64,000 nt of DNA from positions 31,312,001 to 31,376,000 of the forward strand of contig NC_087436.1 in assembly GCF_036321535.1 (NCBI RefSeq), read 5' to 3'. Positions 25,479-39,234 of this stretch are shown here, in pieces. The notes beneath the pieces were generated by a model. It was not told the origin of the DNA and did no database searches. It saw only the letters and a program-made list of their open reading frames with translations. A program made the translations under genes and the position numbers. This stretch comes from Camelus dromedarius. Lineage: Eukaryota. The number at the start of each line of letters is the position of its first letter. The stretch's first letter is position 1.

Positions 25479-26508
25479 GGTCTTAGGTTGATCCCCCAAC
25501 AGCAGAGCCCCAAATGAATCATTTATGAAAGTGATTTATTAGGAAGTGCTTCCAGAAAAAAAAAAATTAGGGGATTGTGGAAGTGGGATCACAAGAAGAA
25601 GACATTGTGGTAGGCAGAATAACACCTCTTCCCAAAGATGCCCACCTGCTAATACACAGAAGTTATGAATATGCTGCCTTATATGGCAAAAGGGAAATAA
25701 GGTTACAGATGAGATTAAGGTTAATAATCATAAAATAGGGGAATTATCCAAGATTATATGGATGGGCCAAAATCTAATCCTTAAATGTGAAAGAAGGTAG
25801 GTCAGGGAGATGGCAGCAAAGGGCCTGATGGCCTGTGCTGGCTCTTAGATATTGGGGGTTACATGCAAGGACCATAGAGAGGCCTCTAGGAGCTAAGAGT
25901 GGGGCCCAGCTAACAGCCAGCAAAGAAACAAGAACACAGCCACATGGAACTGAATTTCTGCATAGAAAGGGATCCTCCCATTCCATCTACAAAAAAGAAC
26001 ACAGTCCTGCCAACATCTTTTTGCCTATCAAGACCCAGACAGGCCTTCTGCAGAACTATAAAATCACAAGTGTTTGCTGTTTTCAGTCGTGAAAACTGTG
26101 ATGCTTTGCTACAACAGCAATAGGAAACTAGTACAGAGGCCAAGTTAAGATGTGATATCAAGCGAAGTACCAGAGCGGGCAGCTGGCTGAATTCCCCGTG
26201 GGAAATCTGGTGACTGTGTAAGTCACAACTCAGTTTTTACATCAGGGGACAAAGAGCTAGGTATTACACCCTGGCAACCATCAAGCATTGGTTAAGAGTT
26301 AGGAGTATGGAGTGGCAGTATTGAACCCAATTTCCAGGAATTTCCTACTCCTCACACAGGAAAGTATATTCTGATAGCCTAAGGACAGCTTTCCAACAAA
26401 GAGGGACAGGTCTGGCTATAAGGAAAGAGAGCAATGAAAGACAATGTGCAGGCAAGCGGTGAAGGGATCTAAGGGGGTATGCACAGAGCGCTGATACTGT
26501 CTGCTACA
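25479..26508 (-). mobile_element. ERVL LTR (LTR16/LTR67-like), split by MLT1
   Basis: tcttaggttgatcccccaacagcagagcc...tttattaggaagtg left end; gggggtatgcacagagcgctgatactgtctgctaca right end. Confidence 0.6.
25606..26135 (+). mobile_element. MaLR solo LTR (MLT1D/E-like)
   Basis: tgtggtaggcagaataac...cccaaagatg start; ggcctctaggagctaagag; end acagcaataggaaactagtaca. Confidence 0.85.
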
Positions 26509-26569
26509 ACCGTTCATCATAATAAATATACACTCTTCAAAAATCTTTTGCATAAATGAAACCACTAAA

Positions 26570-26790
26570 TAGCTCAGGAGGCATAAGTTTTGAAAGCAAC
26601 AGAGCATGGTCAAATTCCCAGCATTTATGTGTGACCTTGGGTGAATTACCTACTCTCTGTAAGTCTTAGTTTCTTTGGATGGAAAATGGAATTATTACTG
26701 GGCAACTCTTTTGCCAAGTCTCCATGAAAATTCAGTAAGTGATTAATTGGAAAGCACTTTACGCAACGTCTGGAAGTCAGCTAAATTTGG
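26570..26790 (+). mobile_element. MIR SINE
   Basis: tgtgtgaccttgggtgaattacctactctctgtaagtcttagtttc core. Confidence 0.75.
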
Positions 26791-27200
26791 TTCTCTTCTT
26801 TTCTCCCTTGACCTTGGACTTCAGGACATGACACACTTTACCTGGCACAGGACGGAGAGATCAATGTAGTTCTAACCTGGTTCTCACCATCCTGCATGTA
26901 TTTCTTTCCCTTTAGTTTATGAACTTGCCAGTTTCCTCCCAACTTAACAAAAATCCTTTCTCTTCTTCAAAACCTCCTCAGATACTAAGATTTTTAAAAT
27001 TTTTATAGCCAAACTTATTAAACAGTATTCTATACTCCAGTCTCTATCATTTCATCTTCCATTTACTTTTAAATCCTCTAGGGTCTGCCTTCTGTTTCCA
27101 CCCTCCAATGTGTTTATCCTTGAAGAGTATCACACTGTTTGCCAAACATACTGTTTCTTGAGCTCACAGTACTATTTGACATTGTTGGCCACTTATTTCT

Positions 27201-27598
27201 TTTTTTTTTTAATTTTTAAAATTTTATATACAATTTTTAAAGGTTACTTTCCATTTACAGTTATTATAAAATATTGGCTATATTCCCCATGTTGTACAGC
27301 ATATCCTTGGGCCTAACACCCAATAATAGTTTATACCTCCCACTGCCCCACCCCTAGACTGCACCCCCTTCCCTCTCTCCATGGGTAACCACTAATTTCT
27401 TCTCTATATCTGTGAATCTGCCTCTTTTATTATATTCACTAGTTTGTTGTATTTTTAGATTCTACACAGAAGTGATATCACACAGTATTTGTCTTTCTCT
27501 CTCTGACTTATTTCACTTAGCATAATGCCTTCCAAGTCCATCCAGGTAGCTGCAAATGGCAAAATTACATTCTTTGTTGTGGCTAAGTAGTATTCCAT

Positions 27599-27668
<70 letters not shown>

Positions 27669-27763
27669 CACCCCACATCTTCTTTTTCCATTCATCTGTT
27701 GATGGGCACTTAGGTTGCTTCCATGTTTTGGCAACTGTAAATAATGCTGCCATGAACATTGGG
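27201..27763 (-). mobile_element. L1 3' end with internal (CT)n(GT)n microsatellite (~27598-27665)
   Basis: poly-T then antisense 3' UTR; ORF 27455-27691 has PFAATWMDLEGIMLSEISQ; degenerate TSD tggccacttatttct (27186-27200) / tggctacttgttttt (27764-27778). Confidence 0.9.
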
Positions 27764-27924
27764 TGGCTACTTGTTTTTGAAATGTATTCCCTTCCCTAGT
27801 GCTAAGTTGTTCATGGTTTACCCTCAATGTTCCTGCTATTCCTCTCACTCTGCTTCTCTCTGAAATGTTAAATATCCCTCATCTGCAATTTTCTTTTCAG
27901 CTCCCACCTTAGACTCTCAATTTA

Positions 27925-28135
27925 ATAATAGTAATAATAGTAGCCAATATTGATTGGCATTTACAATGTGCCAGGCACTTGAGTAAGGATTCCACATGAT
28001 GCATGAGGTGGTTACTATGATTATTCTCATTCTACAGAGAAGGAAACCAAGGTTTAAAGAAGTGAGGCAACTTGCCCAGAGTTACACAGCCCATATGTGG
28101 CAGAGCTGGGATTTGAATCCAGGACGTCTGATTCA
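27925..28135 (-). mobile_element. MIR SINE
   Basis: aatgtgccaggcact...gaaggaaaccaagg...cttgcccagagttacacag...ggcagagctgggatttgaatccagg. Confidence 0.85.
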
Positions 28136-29819
28136 TACTCACTATTTCATTTAGCTCTCTTCCTTGTTGCCCTATCCAGAGGTAGAATTTTACCCAGCAA
28201 AAACTTGCCAATGAACAAGTCTATATCTCTAGCCTAATATCTCTGCTGAGCTAAAGACGTACGTGTTCACCACCTCCCAGACAGATCCTCATACACGTAC
28301 CACAGGCATTTCACTGTGTTCCCCAACCCCAACCTCACCCCCATCAGATAACCTGCCCTTTCGCTTCCTGTCCCAGTTCAGCTGCTGAATGACACTCTAG
28401 TTTGCTTCCTTCTCTACATTCAGCCAGTTACTGAGTCCTGACAATTCTCACACTAGAAGCAGCTCTGAACCCCTCTGTCTATCCCCAACTACGACAGCCT
28501 TATTTCAAGCCACCAACATTTTTGTGTGAACTGCGACAGTTGATTTTAAACCCATCTCTCTGCCTTCAGTCTCACAACCTCCAACCAAACTCATCTTATT
28601 CCCCAGGTCAGTTTTCCAATCCACAAATCTGATTATGTTTCTGTAGCTTCAGTCAAATTCACAGTAAAGTACAAAATCTAGGTTTGACTGAGAAGGCTGC
28701 CTGTGATCTGGGTCTCCACTGCTTTTCCAGTCTTTTCCCTCATGTAGCCCCTCCTCTGCCACATCAAAATCAGTTTTCCAAGAGGAAATGTTTTCTCCCT
28801 CCTTTGTGCCATGCACCGCTCTCTCCTCTGCCTGGGGCTTCTTTTCCTCCCTGACTACCCGGGTCTGTGTCTATCCATCCTTAAATGCTCACTCAAGCAT
28901 CACCATGCCTGAAAGATTTCTCTGCCCTCACAGATCAAATGAAATGCAATCTCTTTGAGCATCTTCCAAAATTCTTCCAATTTGCCTTTTTCAGAGTAAT
29001 TATCACACCAGGTTATATAGAATCATTCACATTTTTATCCATCTCCCCATCTCCTGGAGAGCAGGGATTGTCTCATTTAGCGCAGTATGCCCAGCACTAA
29101 ATATTTGCTAAATGAAAAAGCACAAATAAATGAACAAATAAAGAGAACAGTGCACTACGACTGCATACCCAGACCTCTGGGGTTCCCACACATCACTAAC
29201 AAATGCTCTTCCGGTTCTTACTATCCAGAAGATACGCAGATGCTGCTCTTGCCACCATATGGTAGTCACAGTTCCAGGCACCCATCAGGAAACACACCTG
29301 AAAATGATTTTCCTGAGACACTGTCACCCAGAGAAGCCATCTGTGAGGAATGATTTCCATGACTCCAGTAACAATGGCGTCGAGCTACTCGAGATATCAG
29401 CCAAGGCAGTCAATCGACACTTTGCACTTCAAGATTAAATCTGAGAGGACACTGATACGAGAAGAGAAGGAGATTTCCACCGGGGCACAGGAATCCACTG
29501 CCTTCCCAGGAAATTGGAACAAGGATATAATTTTTCTCCCGAAATACAAAAATTACACAGGGCAAAGAAGAGGGATTCAAACATCCCTCTTCTTTTTATA
29601 TTCAGGTCTACCCTGGAGAAAAGTCACAAAACAGAAAGGAAAAGAAAAGGAGGGGATAGGGATTTTTCATTCTTCTGTTTGCTAACTATGCAGTGGCAGA
29701 AAATTGCTGCTAGCAACAGTGTTATTATATAGACTATGAAGAATAAAGCACCCTGAGAAGTCTATTTATAGAGCAAATACTTGGATACCATTGTGCAGAC
29801 TCCTGCTGATGGCAAGGAA

Positions 29820-29975
29820 ATATGCATGGCCTCTTGGAAATAGATCAGGAGACCTGGGTTCCAGGACTAACACTGCCCTTACCAGCTTCCACAGCTGTTT
29901 CACGAGATTCCTTTCTCCAGCCTACAAAAGAAAAGGTGAAGTAGATGATCCTTAATCTCCCTTAAAACTCTAACT
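29820..29975 (+). mobile_element. MIR3/MIRc-like SINE
   Basis: tcaggagacctgggttcca...gtagatgatccttaa. Confidence 0.55.
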
Positions 29976-32386
29976 TTCCGAGATTCTCTCTCTTGATTCT
30001 CTCTCAGAAGCCAGACTGATCACTGGACGTGGTGCAGGCTGGAATCTAGCCAGAGGAAGGCAAAGAAACACCTGGTTGATTAAAGCAATTGTGGCACAGG
30101 AGACTGAAGCGTGAGATGGACGCAACCTCAGTGACAAGCTACTGACACCCTGGCTGCCATGAGTCAACCGTGGCTGTGCAGTTCATGGCAGCAAGAAATT
30201 TCAGCCATGGAGGGAAGGAAGAATGATCTCGAGTTACTGATCTCCCACTTTCTCTCATTCTAAAGTCTTGAACTCCAGAACAGACCACACAAACCAAGTG
30301 AAATCTGATATGTGGGTTGGTGAGTGGCTAGCCAGCTCATCTTTCAAACACTCCCACTAAGTAAGCTGTTCAACTGAAGCTATCTCAAAAAAAAGAAAAG
30401 AAAGAAAAAAACTAAAATAATTCTATGTGTCTGGGAAGGAGAAGGTGTCATTCACAGAGAAAAGACTGAAGTCCAATTGTGCTAGGGTCTGAGAAAAAGA
30501 GTAGGTAACAAAAAGAAAGCCCATACATGTGATCTTCCCTGGTGCCAGACTGGAAAATGCCAGTTAGCAGCAACTGTACAACAGTAAAGATGGGGCGGGT
30601 TTTTAAGGAGGCAAAAAAAAATTCCTTACACTTTTTTTTCCCAACCATATACGAAACTATTTGAAATTAGAACATTATAGGGAACTCCAAGGAGCTCCAG
30701 AACCTGTCAGTCTCAGATTCTAAAAAGAGTGAGCAAGTTCACATGTTCTCAACCTTCTCAGCAAATTAAAATAAACAACTCAGGGACCTAGAGAAAAGGA
30801 TGCATCTTTGCAGCCTCTCCTGAAGCAGACTCTACTGCCAGTGGCACAGTCTCCTCACTGTGTCTTCTCCCATATTTCTGTGTTTTCAGTCCTATTTATG
30901 CATGTATACATAATGTACTTAGTTTTATATTTCCTTCTCCAAAAACTATCGTCTCTATTTTTACCAGATTTTTTTCACTGCTTAAACAATACATGAAAGG
31001 GAAAGACACAAAGGTACTAAGCCAAATGGTGCTATTGCCCCTCCTCTGTGGCACTGCTGGACCTGAAGCCACCACATGCTCTTTTGCATACTCCACTGGC
31101 CAAGATAAATATGTCACAATGTGCTCTGATATCTAACTTTTATGCCTCCAGTCAAGATAACATATTTACCACTCCTTACTTCACTCTCCCTTCCAGGCGA
31201 CACAGTGGCTTTCCCTAGGAATCCTAGTATGGTATTCACTACTACTGTTGATATGGCCGTGTTTTGTTTCTGCAATATTTTGTTGTTGTTATGTGGTTTG
31301 CAGCAACATTCCAGAGCTGAGCCCTCCTTTCTCCGGTGCACCACGGCTTGTTTCCCTGCTTGCTTGCCTGCACGCAAGCCTGCTGCTGGCTGGCTTCTGC
31401 ACGGTCTCAGAGGTCTGCCCAACTCGGGGTCTCTCCCTTGCCTCCTCTGCTTCCCTTGGTTCCTTGGTCTCAGCCTCCTAATCACCAAGCCTCTGCCCTG
31501 ACACTCAGTCCACAGGCTTCTGCTCATTGCCTGTGGGCTCAATCACTCCCACCCGGATGCCTCTGCCTGTCACTCCCAGGTCTTCTTTATTTGAATAGGA
31601 AAGCACAGGCCTTCATATACATAAGCCTGAGTAGGAAGCAATGAGATTGATGCCACAAACCTCATACCAAAATAAAGTCTTACTGCTTTACGGTCATAGT
31701 CTATATTTGTCTGTTTATATCCCTATTTATATATGCATATAGAGATACTGTATTTAGATTTTTGTTTCCTTCCCCTACAACTGTCATTCTATTTTTAACA
31801 GATTTTTTTACTCTTCAAATATGGTAGGAAAAGAGAATTATGCAGGTAAGGTCCTGCTGCTAGAGAACAGGTGGCAACCAAAAGCACAGTGAATTTTTTT
31901 TTTTTTTAATTTTTAAAGTGTAATTTCCCTCAAGACTATTCTTCAAGGACTGGATTTTAGAAAGTGAACCTAACAGACAGTCAGAAAATCTACGTTTTTG
32001 TCTCAGTTCTGATACTAATGACCTAAAAATGAGGGCTGTGAATTAGGAAATTTAGTTTTTCACACATTTTGTGTGGTACAATACTCTGTTTTGAGGTCAT
32101 GTCCCTCACTTATAATTCAAGCCTTTTGGGCACTGAATTGTAGTAACAGTCTCCAGACATTTCAACTACCCAAATATCCCACAAATGCCCCCTATAGGAG
32201 CTTATTAAATGATTTCATCCAACTGGATGATTTCATGATTCTAGTCAAAAAGGGACTTGTGGAAAATGGCTTAAGATTCTTATCTTTTGTGAAACAGGGA
32301 AACAATGAGATTGATGGCATAGTGTAGTGATTTCTAAGATATTAATTAATCTTTCTTGAAACATTCTGGGCCTACTTGCTAACGAT

Positions 32387-34296
32387 TTTGGCAAGCTACT
32401 AGTTGGTTCCCGCAAATCCATTCTCTTTCTCTTCCATAAAAACAAGCATTCGTGGGGGTTGATGGAAGGACAAAAATGGAAGAAATCTAGGTCTACCAGT
32501 GCTCTTGAGTAGCAGAACTACCCTGAGAGCCTGGATTAGCCAAACTGAAACTTCTTACGTAAGTCACATTTTGATATCTCTTTGTTATAGCGACATAGCT
32601 TTTATCTTGACTTAGCTTGATTAATACAGAAATTAGTACCTGGAAGCAGGACACTAAGTAACAAAACCTAAAATTCATTTCTAAACCGGTTTAGAAATTA
32701 GCTGGTGGGCAGTGAAAACCTAGACACAGCCTGCTGGTCTTCCGTGGCCCTTGTTATGCCCGGTAAAGCAGTTAACAACACACTCACCCCGTCACCTCAG
32801 AAAGCACACCCAAGGAGCCTGCGGCTCTGGAGGAAGTGGTGGGAAACACCCAGACATTCAGAGGTTGGCTGTTTCTTGCCACTTTTAATAAGATAGCTAA
32901 GAAAGAGACACAGGCAAGAATTTGTCAGTTTGAAAGCAGACACATAAAGAGCTACAGATCCACTAAGTAAGACACTCTCTGCCTATACTCTGAAATCTAA
33001 ATCACCTGAGAATCCAGCAATTTGGAGATTCACAGGATTGGAAACACAAACTGGATTGGTTCTACACCAAGGATAGGGGAGCGTATTTCTATTACCTGGA
33101 TCTTCTCTCAAACACCTCCTGCGAAGACGTCTTGGCATGAGATGCATCCAGTACAGACATCAGGGCGTCACCTCCCAAGCCAAGTCTAACTGAAGAACTG
33201 TGGGGAGTGCACTGGGCAGAGATGCCTGCCTGCAAATAAAAGAGAATCAGCAGACATAAGGACTATGTCTAGAAAAAAACCTTTATTAATGGTTACCTGT
33301 CAATAGAAATGAATGGAAGCAAATAGGTTGGAAGCCTATATATTTTTAGGAAATTGTATTACCAAAGAAATCACAAGTCTGGCAACACTCTAGGCACCAG
33401 GCTTACTTCAGTCAGAGCAGACTGCAAAAATGTAACTTTTCAGTACCTGCTCCAGATAGAGAAACACTAACAAGTGAGACTCTTGCAAAGGATAAAGCTG
33501 GGGTTCACAGAGGAAAACAGAACAAGGTCGCGCTCTCAGCAGGCACAAGTAGGGTGGCAGATGGGGTAACTGCAACCCACACCCCACTGCTGGGGCAGAA
33601 GGGCTTTGTACTGACTGAGGACTGCTATGTTTCCCATTCTTCTGTTTTATGAATGAGAGTTTTGAATCGTAGTTATCATTTTTTGGCTGATAATTTGTCT
33701 ATCGGTTTATCATCACCAGACCACAAAGAACATCACCAGGACCTATTGAAGAGAATTATCCATCATCACCCAGAGTTCCTAAACTTAGATCTGATGCAGT
33801 ACTGGGTTGGACTTTGGACGGTCTCCCTTGGGACACAAGAAGAAGGTAAGAAATGTGTACATGGGTATTTAGGGAGCCAGAGCGGCAGACTGCAAGCCAT
33901 TCCCCCAAATCTGTCCTCACATAATTTCATGGCCACCCAGTTAAGAAATTACATTTTCCCAGCTCCCAGTGGAATGTGAGTAGAAATAACACTTGCATTT
34001 TAAAAGTTCATTGTGTCTTTGTCAAAAAGAAATCTCTTACTCTGGACTTTTCCCCTTCCCATGAACTGGAGCACAGCCACGTGAACATCCCAAATCCCAG
34101 CTGGGGCCTGGCCAATTAGTAGAGCAAGCTAGAGGATGGTACGCATGGTGGGGCTTCCTCGTCTCAGGTCGGACAATTCTGGGGGCCACCCCCAGAAGTA
34201 ACAAAACCCACCAATTCATAGGAAACAAACCAAGAAATTAAATGGGTGAAAACTCAAACTAGGGTCTATTTTACACCTCAATGAATACTAGATACA
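32387..34296 (+). mobile_element. MaLR provirus remnant: 5' LTR (~32387-32628), internal region (32629-33890), 3' LTR (33891-~34296); MLT1H/I/J-like
   Basis: LTR end ttaataca followed directly by MaLR-int start gaaattagtacctggaag; int end agggagccagagcggcagac followed by TG of a second LTR. Confidence 0.7.
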
Positions 34297-36049
34297 ACTA
34301 TTATCATAAAGAGTGAAAATACCTTATTGTTCTGAAAATTCCTTTTGTGTCATTTCACAGGCCCCATCTGCTTTCCTCTACTTGTTAGACTAATCCAATA
34401 AAACAATAGATATGGAATGCACATCTCCTACATTGCAAGCACACAATCTTTTCTTGAGCTAGAGACAGGAATGAGAGAGGTTGTGTTACGACATTCGTTT
34501 CCACAGTGGACAAGGGAAGAGGCAGTTCCAGACAGAAGACAGGCCAATCTCTGATGAATGTGTGAGAAAAGCAAATCAGGCTCTGAGGTCAGCAGTCTCA
34601 ATGGGTTCCAGGAAAGCAAATCGTCAACAGCGTGCACCATCATTCAGCACTCTCCACTTTATTTTCAGCAGTTCTTTTATACTGCTTGCCCTTCCTAAGC
34701 CTTCAGAAAGTCAGTCAGGCTGAAATCGTAGGGAAATAAATTTTAAATTGGCCAAAGGAGCAGTGGATTGGGGGAAATAATTATTACATCGTTGAAATTT
34801 TTATAATGACGTTCCAATCAAGGTGTGAAAATTTTTCTGAAGTTACATTTAAATTTTTACAAGTGAGCACTCCAACTTACAGGTGGATAGAGAACAGTGA
34901 GCATAGAATTGTTTGATCCAGTAGGTTAAGTAGTAGGCAGAAGATAATAGGGAATAAATTGCCAGCAGATGTTGTTGTTGGTTCCAAGCCTGAGACTGCC
35001 AAATAAGAATAGGCTGTTGGGATATCATAGAATATAAATGACTTTCTCACTCTGGGTGATTTAATTTCACTGAATTGAAACTTGCAACTATTTATTATGG
35101 TGTGCCCAATGTAGCTGAAAATTTTGAAAGTTTTAAAAGTATTTCTTTGTGTGAAAAGAAGTCATTGTGGTGGATACCACAGTGTGCTATCAAGGTCCCT
35201 CCCCCGAGGGCTGAACCGCTGATGTGCTGGGGCCGCTCTTACTGCTTTGTGAGAGTCAACTGTGAACATTTCTTCCCGCCTCTCGTTCAGTGGCATCATA
35301 ACAGTGGTTTGAAGTCAGTCATGATGGGACTCTTCACACTATAGAAATCAGCAAACCAAAAAAATAAGAGCTTTGTGGTTGTTTTTTGTTTTGTTTTGTT
35401 TTTCCAGAGCGCTGGTTTACCAGTGCACCGCTGCAGGGAGCTTTGGCAGCCGAAGCTCTCAGCTGAGTCAGGTCACATCCCTTTCCCAAGGACATCTCGC
35501 ATACAAGACCGATCTAGACAAAGAGTGTTAAGCCCCTTACCCCACCCCAGTTCAGGACAACTCTAAAGAGCCTTTGCCGTCTTTGTTATGCCAACTTCAC
35601 TGTTTGACTTCTCCCTGTACTCCTCCCTCCTTTCTTCACCCCCTCGCTTGTGTTGATCCAGACAATATTCTGCAAGAAACCTCCCACACACAAATCTCCA
35701 TGGCAGAGACTGCTTTTTGAAAAACTCAACCTGGGACAAAGGGGTAAGAAGGATAGAAACTTTATTACCCAGAGCAAAAATAGAAAATTAATCATTCCAG
35801 AAAGATAACTAATTATAGCTCCATTTACTTGGTTTTGCACTGTTTAAAATGATTGACAAAAATGGAGACAGCAGAACAATGTTGTGGGTTTTGTAGGTAG
35901 ATTCCTTGCTCTTTTTTCATATTCTCTTTTTCCAGAAAGCTATCCTCTGGGGGAAATTTTTAATGTAACATTAAATGTAGGGAACATTGGATGTTTAGGG
36001 TTGGGAAAAAATAGCATTTGTGTTTATTTAATTCTAGCTTTTTAAAGAG

Positions 36050-37090
36050 GGATTACCTCAGTGGTTTTGTCCCCAAATCAAAAGAAAAAGACAAAAAGGG
36101 ATCAAAAGCCATCAAAGGAACCTAATATAAATTAATTGAACTGACTTTTGGGGCATAAACTACTTTTCTCAATCACTGCTTTCAACCTTGTTTTGTCCAA
36201 CACTTTCGCATGTCTCTTGCATTGCAGCTCACTCCCAATTATTAGAACATACTCCAGTTTAACACTGCTCTCACACCAAGACCAGGTCTGAGGCTCCAAA
36301 AGCTTGGCTGTGGGGAGCAGGGCAAGGTCAGTGCTCCCCCTCTGCTCAGCATCTTTGAGTGGAGGGGGAGCGGGACATTAATTCATCCTTGTCCCTTTCC
36401 AACGTTCTACTTCCTTGGGGTTGGAGTAGGTATGAGGAGAGATGGAAAAGGGATGAAAAGTTCTCTAAAATAAATGCTCATAACTGTAGCCCCCTCCTCA
36501 TTGCTTGTCTGCTTCCCAGCTAACCCTGAATGGTCATCTATGTGCCCTGAATGTCTGAAGTTCAAGTGCTGACGAACCGAGGGGTTGTCTTTCAGAGTTT
36601 ATCAGGAGGCCTTAGGGAGTCTCTCCACTTCTCAGTTTTCTGAAAAAGGAAGCTAGTTCTGGTTTCATATCCCAAACCCCTCAGCTCCGACTCTTCCTTA
36701 TCACAAGATGAATGGGGTAGAAGCTGACACACACCCAAGTGTCTCACGAGGAGAGGCAGGGCATTCTGCAGCCCTGAAACACGAGCCCATGAGGCTTCTC
36801 TTCTCTCCTTGCCTCCTTAGTTCTCCTTTACACGGTCTGCTGGAGTGAGGCTGGGCTTCATGAGCTAATAATCTCTGATGGAGGCTTCAGGCTCCATCTG
36901 TTGCTGGCTCTTGGAGGTTCTTTCTTTAAACTTGAGGATTAATGCCTCTTTGTCCTCATCTTAGAGTGCTAATCGTCTATTCTAGGTCAGTAGGAAAATC
37001 TCACTCAATATCTTCATAATTTGAAACTGGTGCTTAAAACCAGTTCCAAGACCTACTCCCTACCTCCCCAGGGGGCCTGTTATCAAATTA
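36050..37090. mobile_element. Possible ancient LTR (LTR78-like)
   Basis: Weak recalled resemblance only (ttctacttccttggggttggagtaggtatgaggagag...). Confidence 0.3.
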
Positions 37091-38952
37091 GTCTAAATTG
37101 TATTGAAGGCAATGCACACCCTCTGAATTTAGTACTTGAATTTCCAATGTGGTTGTTACATTGATTAATATATGAGAAAAGTGTAGCTTCATCTCTTCCT
37201 TTTGTATTTGTAGAGACAAAATAGCATAATCGAAAACGTGCTGATGACTAAAATACCCACATAACTAACACCTTATTGGTTTGGTAGGGCCTCCCAGGGC
37301 CTGGCATATGATTATAACACAAGTTGCTTGAAATCTTCTGTAATTATTCTGTTTCAGCTCTACACATCAAATCCTGCTTTACATGAATCCAGCACGATAT
37401 CAGGTTTTATCTCATAACTAGATGCTATCATTAATTTGATCTTGTGTTGCTTGAAAATAGCCTTCCATCGCACATAGCTGGTTTCATACAATTTTCCTAA
37501 ACAACAACAAATTGAATCCTTAAGGGCATGTCTGTCAGAAGTCTATGAACTTGAAAAAAAAAAAAAAAAAAGAAAGAAAACAGCTTCAGCCCTGTTTGTT
37601 AGCAACCACAACCTTGGTCCTCAAAATGTCAACTTAAGAGAAAAAAAAAAAAGCACTATTGCCAATACAGTGTGGGCTCCCTTAATTTCATGCACTGTGA
37701 CTTCAACAATTTCTCCATTTCTCATCTTATTTCTATAAAAGTAGCTTCATTTAAAAGCAGGGAAACCACATTTCATGCTCTTCAGTTTCATTAAAGTTAT
37801 ACAAAAGGAGCCTACCAAAAGGAGCCTCTCCTAATTAAACAGTTGTAGCAGATGAAAATATTGAAATGATGAATCTGAAAGGAAGCTGACACTATATATT
37901 CCCCAGAATTTTTTATCATGACATGAAAAAGGGAACTGAAAAATTAAGATCTGAATCCCAGGAAGAAGTGTCACATATGTCATTACAAAGAGAAGGAATG
38001 AAGCCCACTGGCTTCTTAAGGTAGCACAGGGGAGGTGAGAGAAACAGAGAACAAAGGCATCTGCTCTGATCCTTTGATAGGGTGGACTCTGTGTAGCTCC
38101 TGGACCGGGGCCCTTCACCTGGTTGGGTGTGATCAGAGACTCATTCTTGTAAACTAATGGCAGCGGCTGGTTGATGCAGATGCTCTGGACTCCCGTGAGA
38201 CTGCTTTCATCATCATTCAGCCAGAATTATGGAGTGTGCTGGTTAATGGGCACTTAAGATAAAGTGTTACCAAGAATAAGAGAGAGTAAAACTTAATGTG
38301 TTATTCCTCCCCTCCAAGACCTGCAAAATAAGCTTGCTTGACTGACAGGCTCCTCTCTCAAAGTGGAAAGAGTAATGACATGCTTCTCAGAGGCTTAGGA
38401 ATGAGACTGCATTCTAGATGGCTCCTGCTGCAACTTTGAAGGCACACAGAGCAAGGTTTATAAAGCAAAGGCCGTTTGTTCTGATCTTCGTAGTTATTTA
38501 TTTAAGTGAGTTTCATTTCTTACAGCTCAGAGTCTCAACCACTTACTGAGGTCTAATAAGTAGCTTAGAAATCTATAAATTTCATATGAAGTTTTATGTT
38601 AATAAACTTGTGGCCTAATTAGCCATTGCCTTTTTTCTTCTGTCTTGTATTATTTACAGGGTGTTCCTAAAATGCGCTTTTCAACTCCAATCCTTTTATA
38701 CCAAAAAACTAGTTAGTATTTTATTAGGTATAAGTAATTTTGACTTCCGATTTCTTCAATCCCTTTAGCTCTTAGAAATGTCAAAAGCTGAGCTCAGAAA
38801 GGCATAAAATATTGATTATTTCTCGTTACCCCTGTTCAGATTATTTGAATATTGTAGACCACTGTGTGAAGTTGCACGTTTCATAACGCATGAGGGCAGT
38901 CTATCTGAGGGCGCATGGGGCATGCACAGTAAAACCTTATAAACTTTACCTG

Positions 38953-39030
38953 TAGATAGATAGACAGATAGATGGATAGATAAATTAGATACATATATAT
39001 GTGTTTGTATATATGTGTATGTATGTAAAT
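38953..39030. repeat. (TAGA)n plus TA/TG-rich low-complexity repeat
   Basis: Directly visible. Confidence 0.9.
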
Positions 39031-39234
39031 ATAATGACAACTTTTGACACATGGCAATGAAATGTCTTGTACTAACAAAATCTATATATCACAGCAACTT
39101 CCCAAAAGTTGAAAGTAAATACTGTGCAGAAGGGGAATTGCATGAGTAAGGCACCACCTTGAATGCTGGTGAACAAGTTCTAAGTTGTATGGCTTAGACA
39201 CAGACTCCACATGAAAACAACACAATGAAGAAAT

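Larger units (their letters stand above)
26990..29140 (+). mobile_element. Long fragmented L2, interrupted by an L1 and a MIR
   Basis: L2-like segments ~26990-27200, 27780-27920 and 28210-29140; 3' end gagcagggattgtctc...cactaaatatttgctaaatgaa. Confidence 0.65.

Noticed and set aside
29087..29732. Chain of ORFs (88, 111 and 72 aa) and a possible minus-strand acceptor at 29441
   Set aside because: No homology, weak donors, and the first ORF begins in an L2 tail
31114..31644. Overlapping ORFs up to 142 aa
   Set aside because: Explained by stop-poor base composition; no domain recognised
33653..33979. 108-aa ORF
   Set aside because: Lies within decayed MaLR internal/LTR sequence
37062..37080. 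CTCF-like tccccagggggcct
   Set aside because: Mismatches at informative positions; much weaker than 53863-53881
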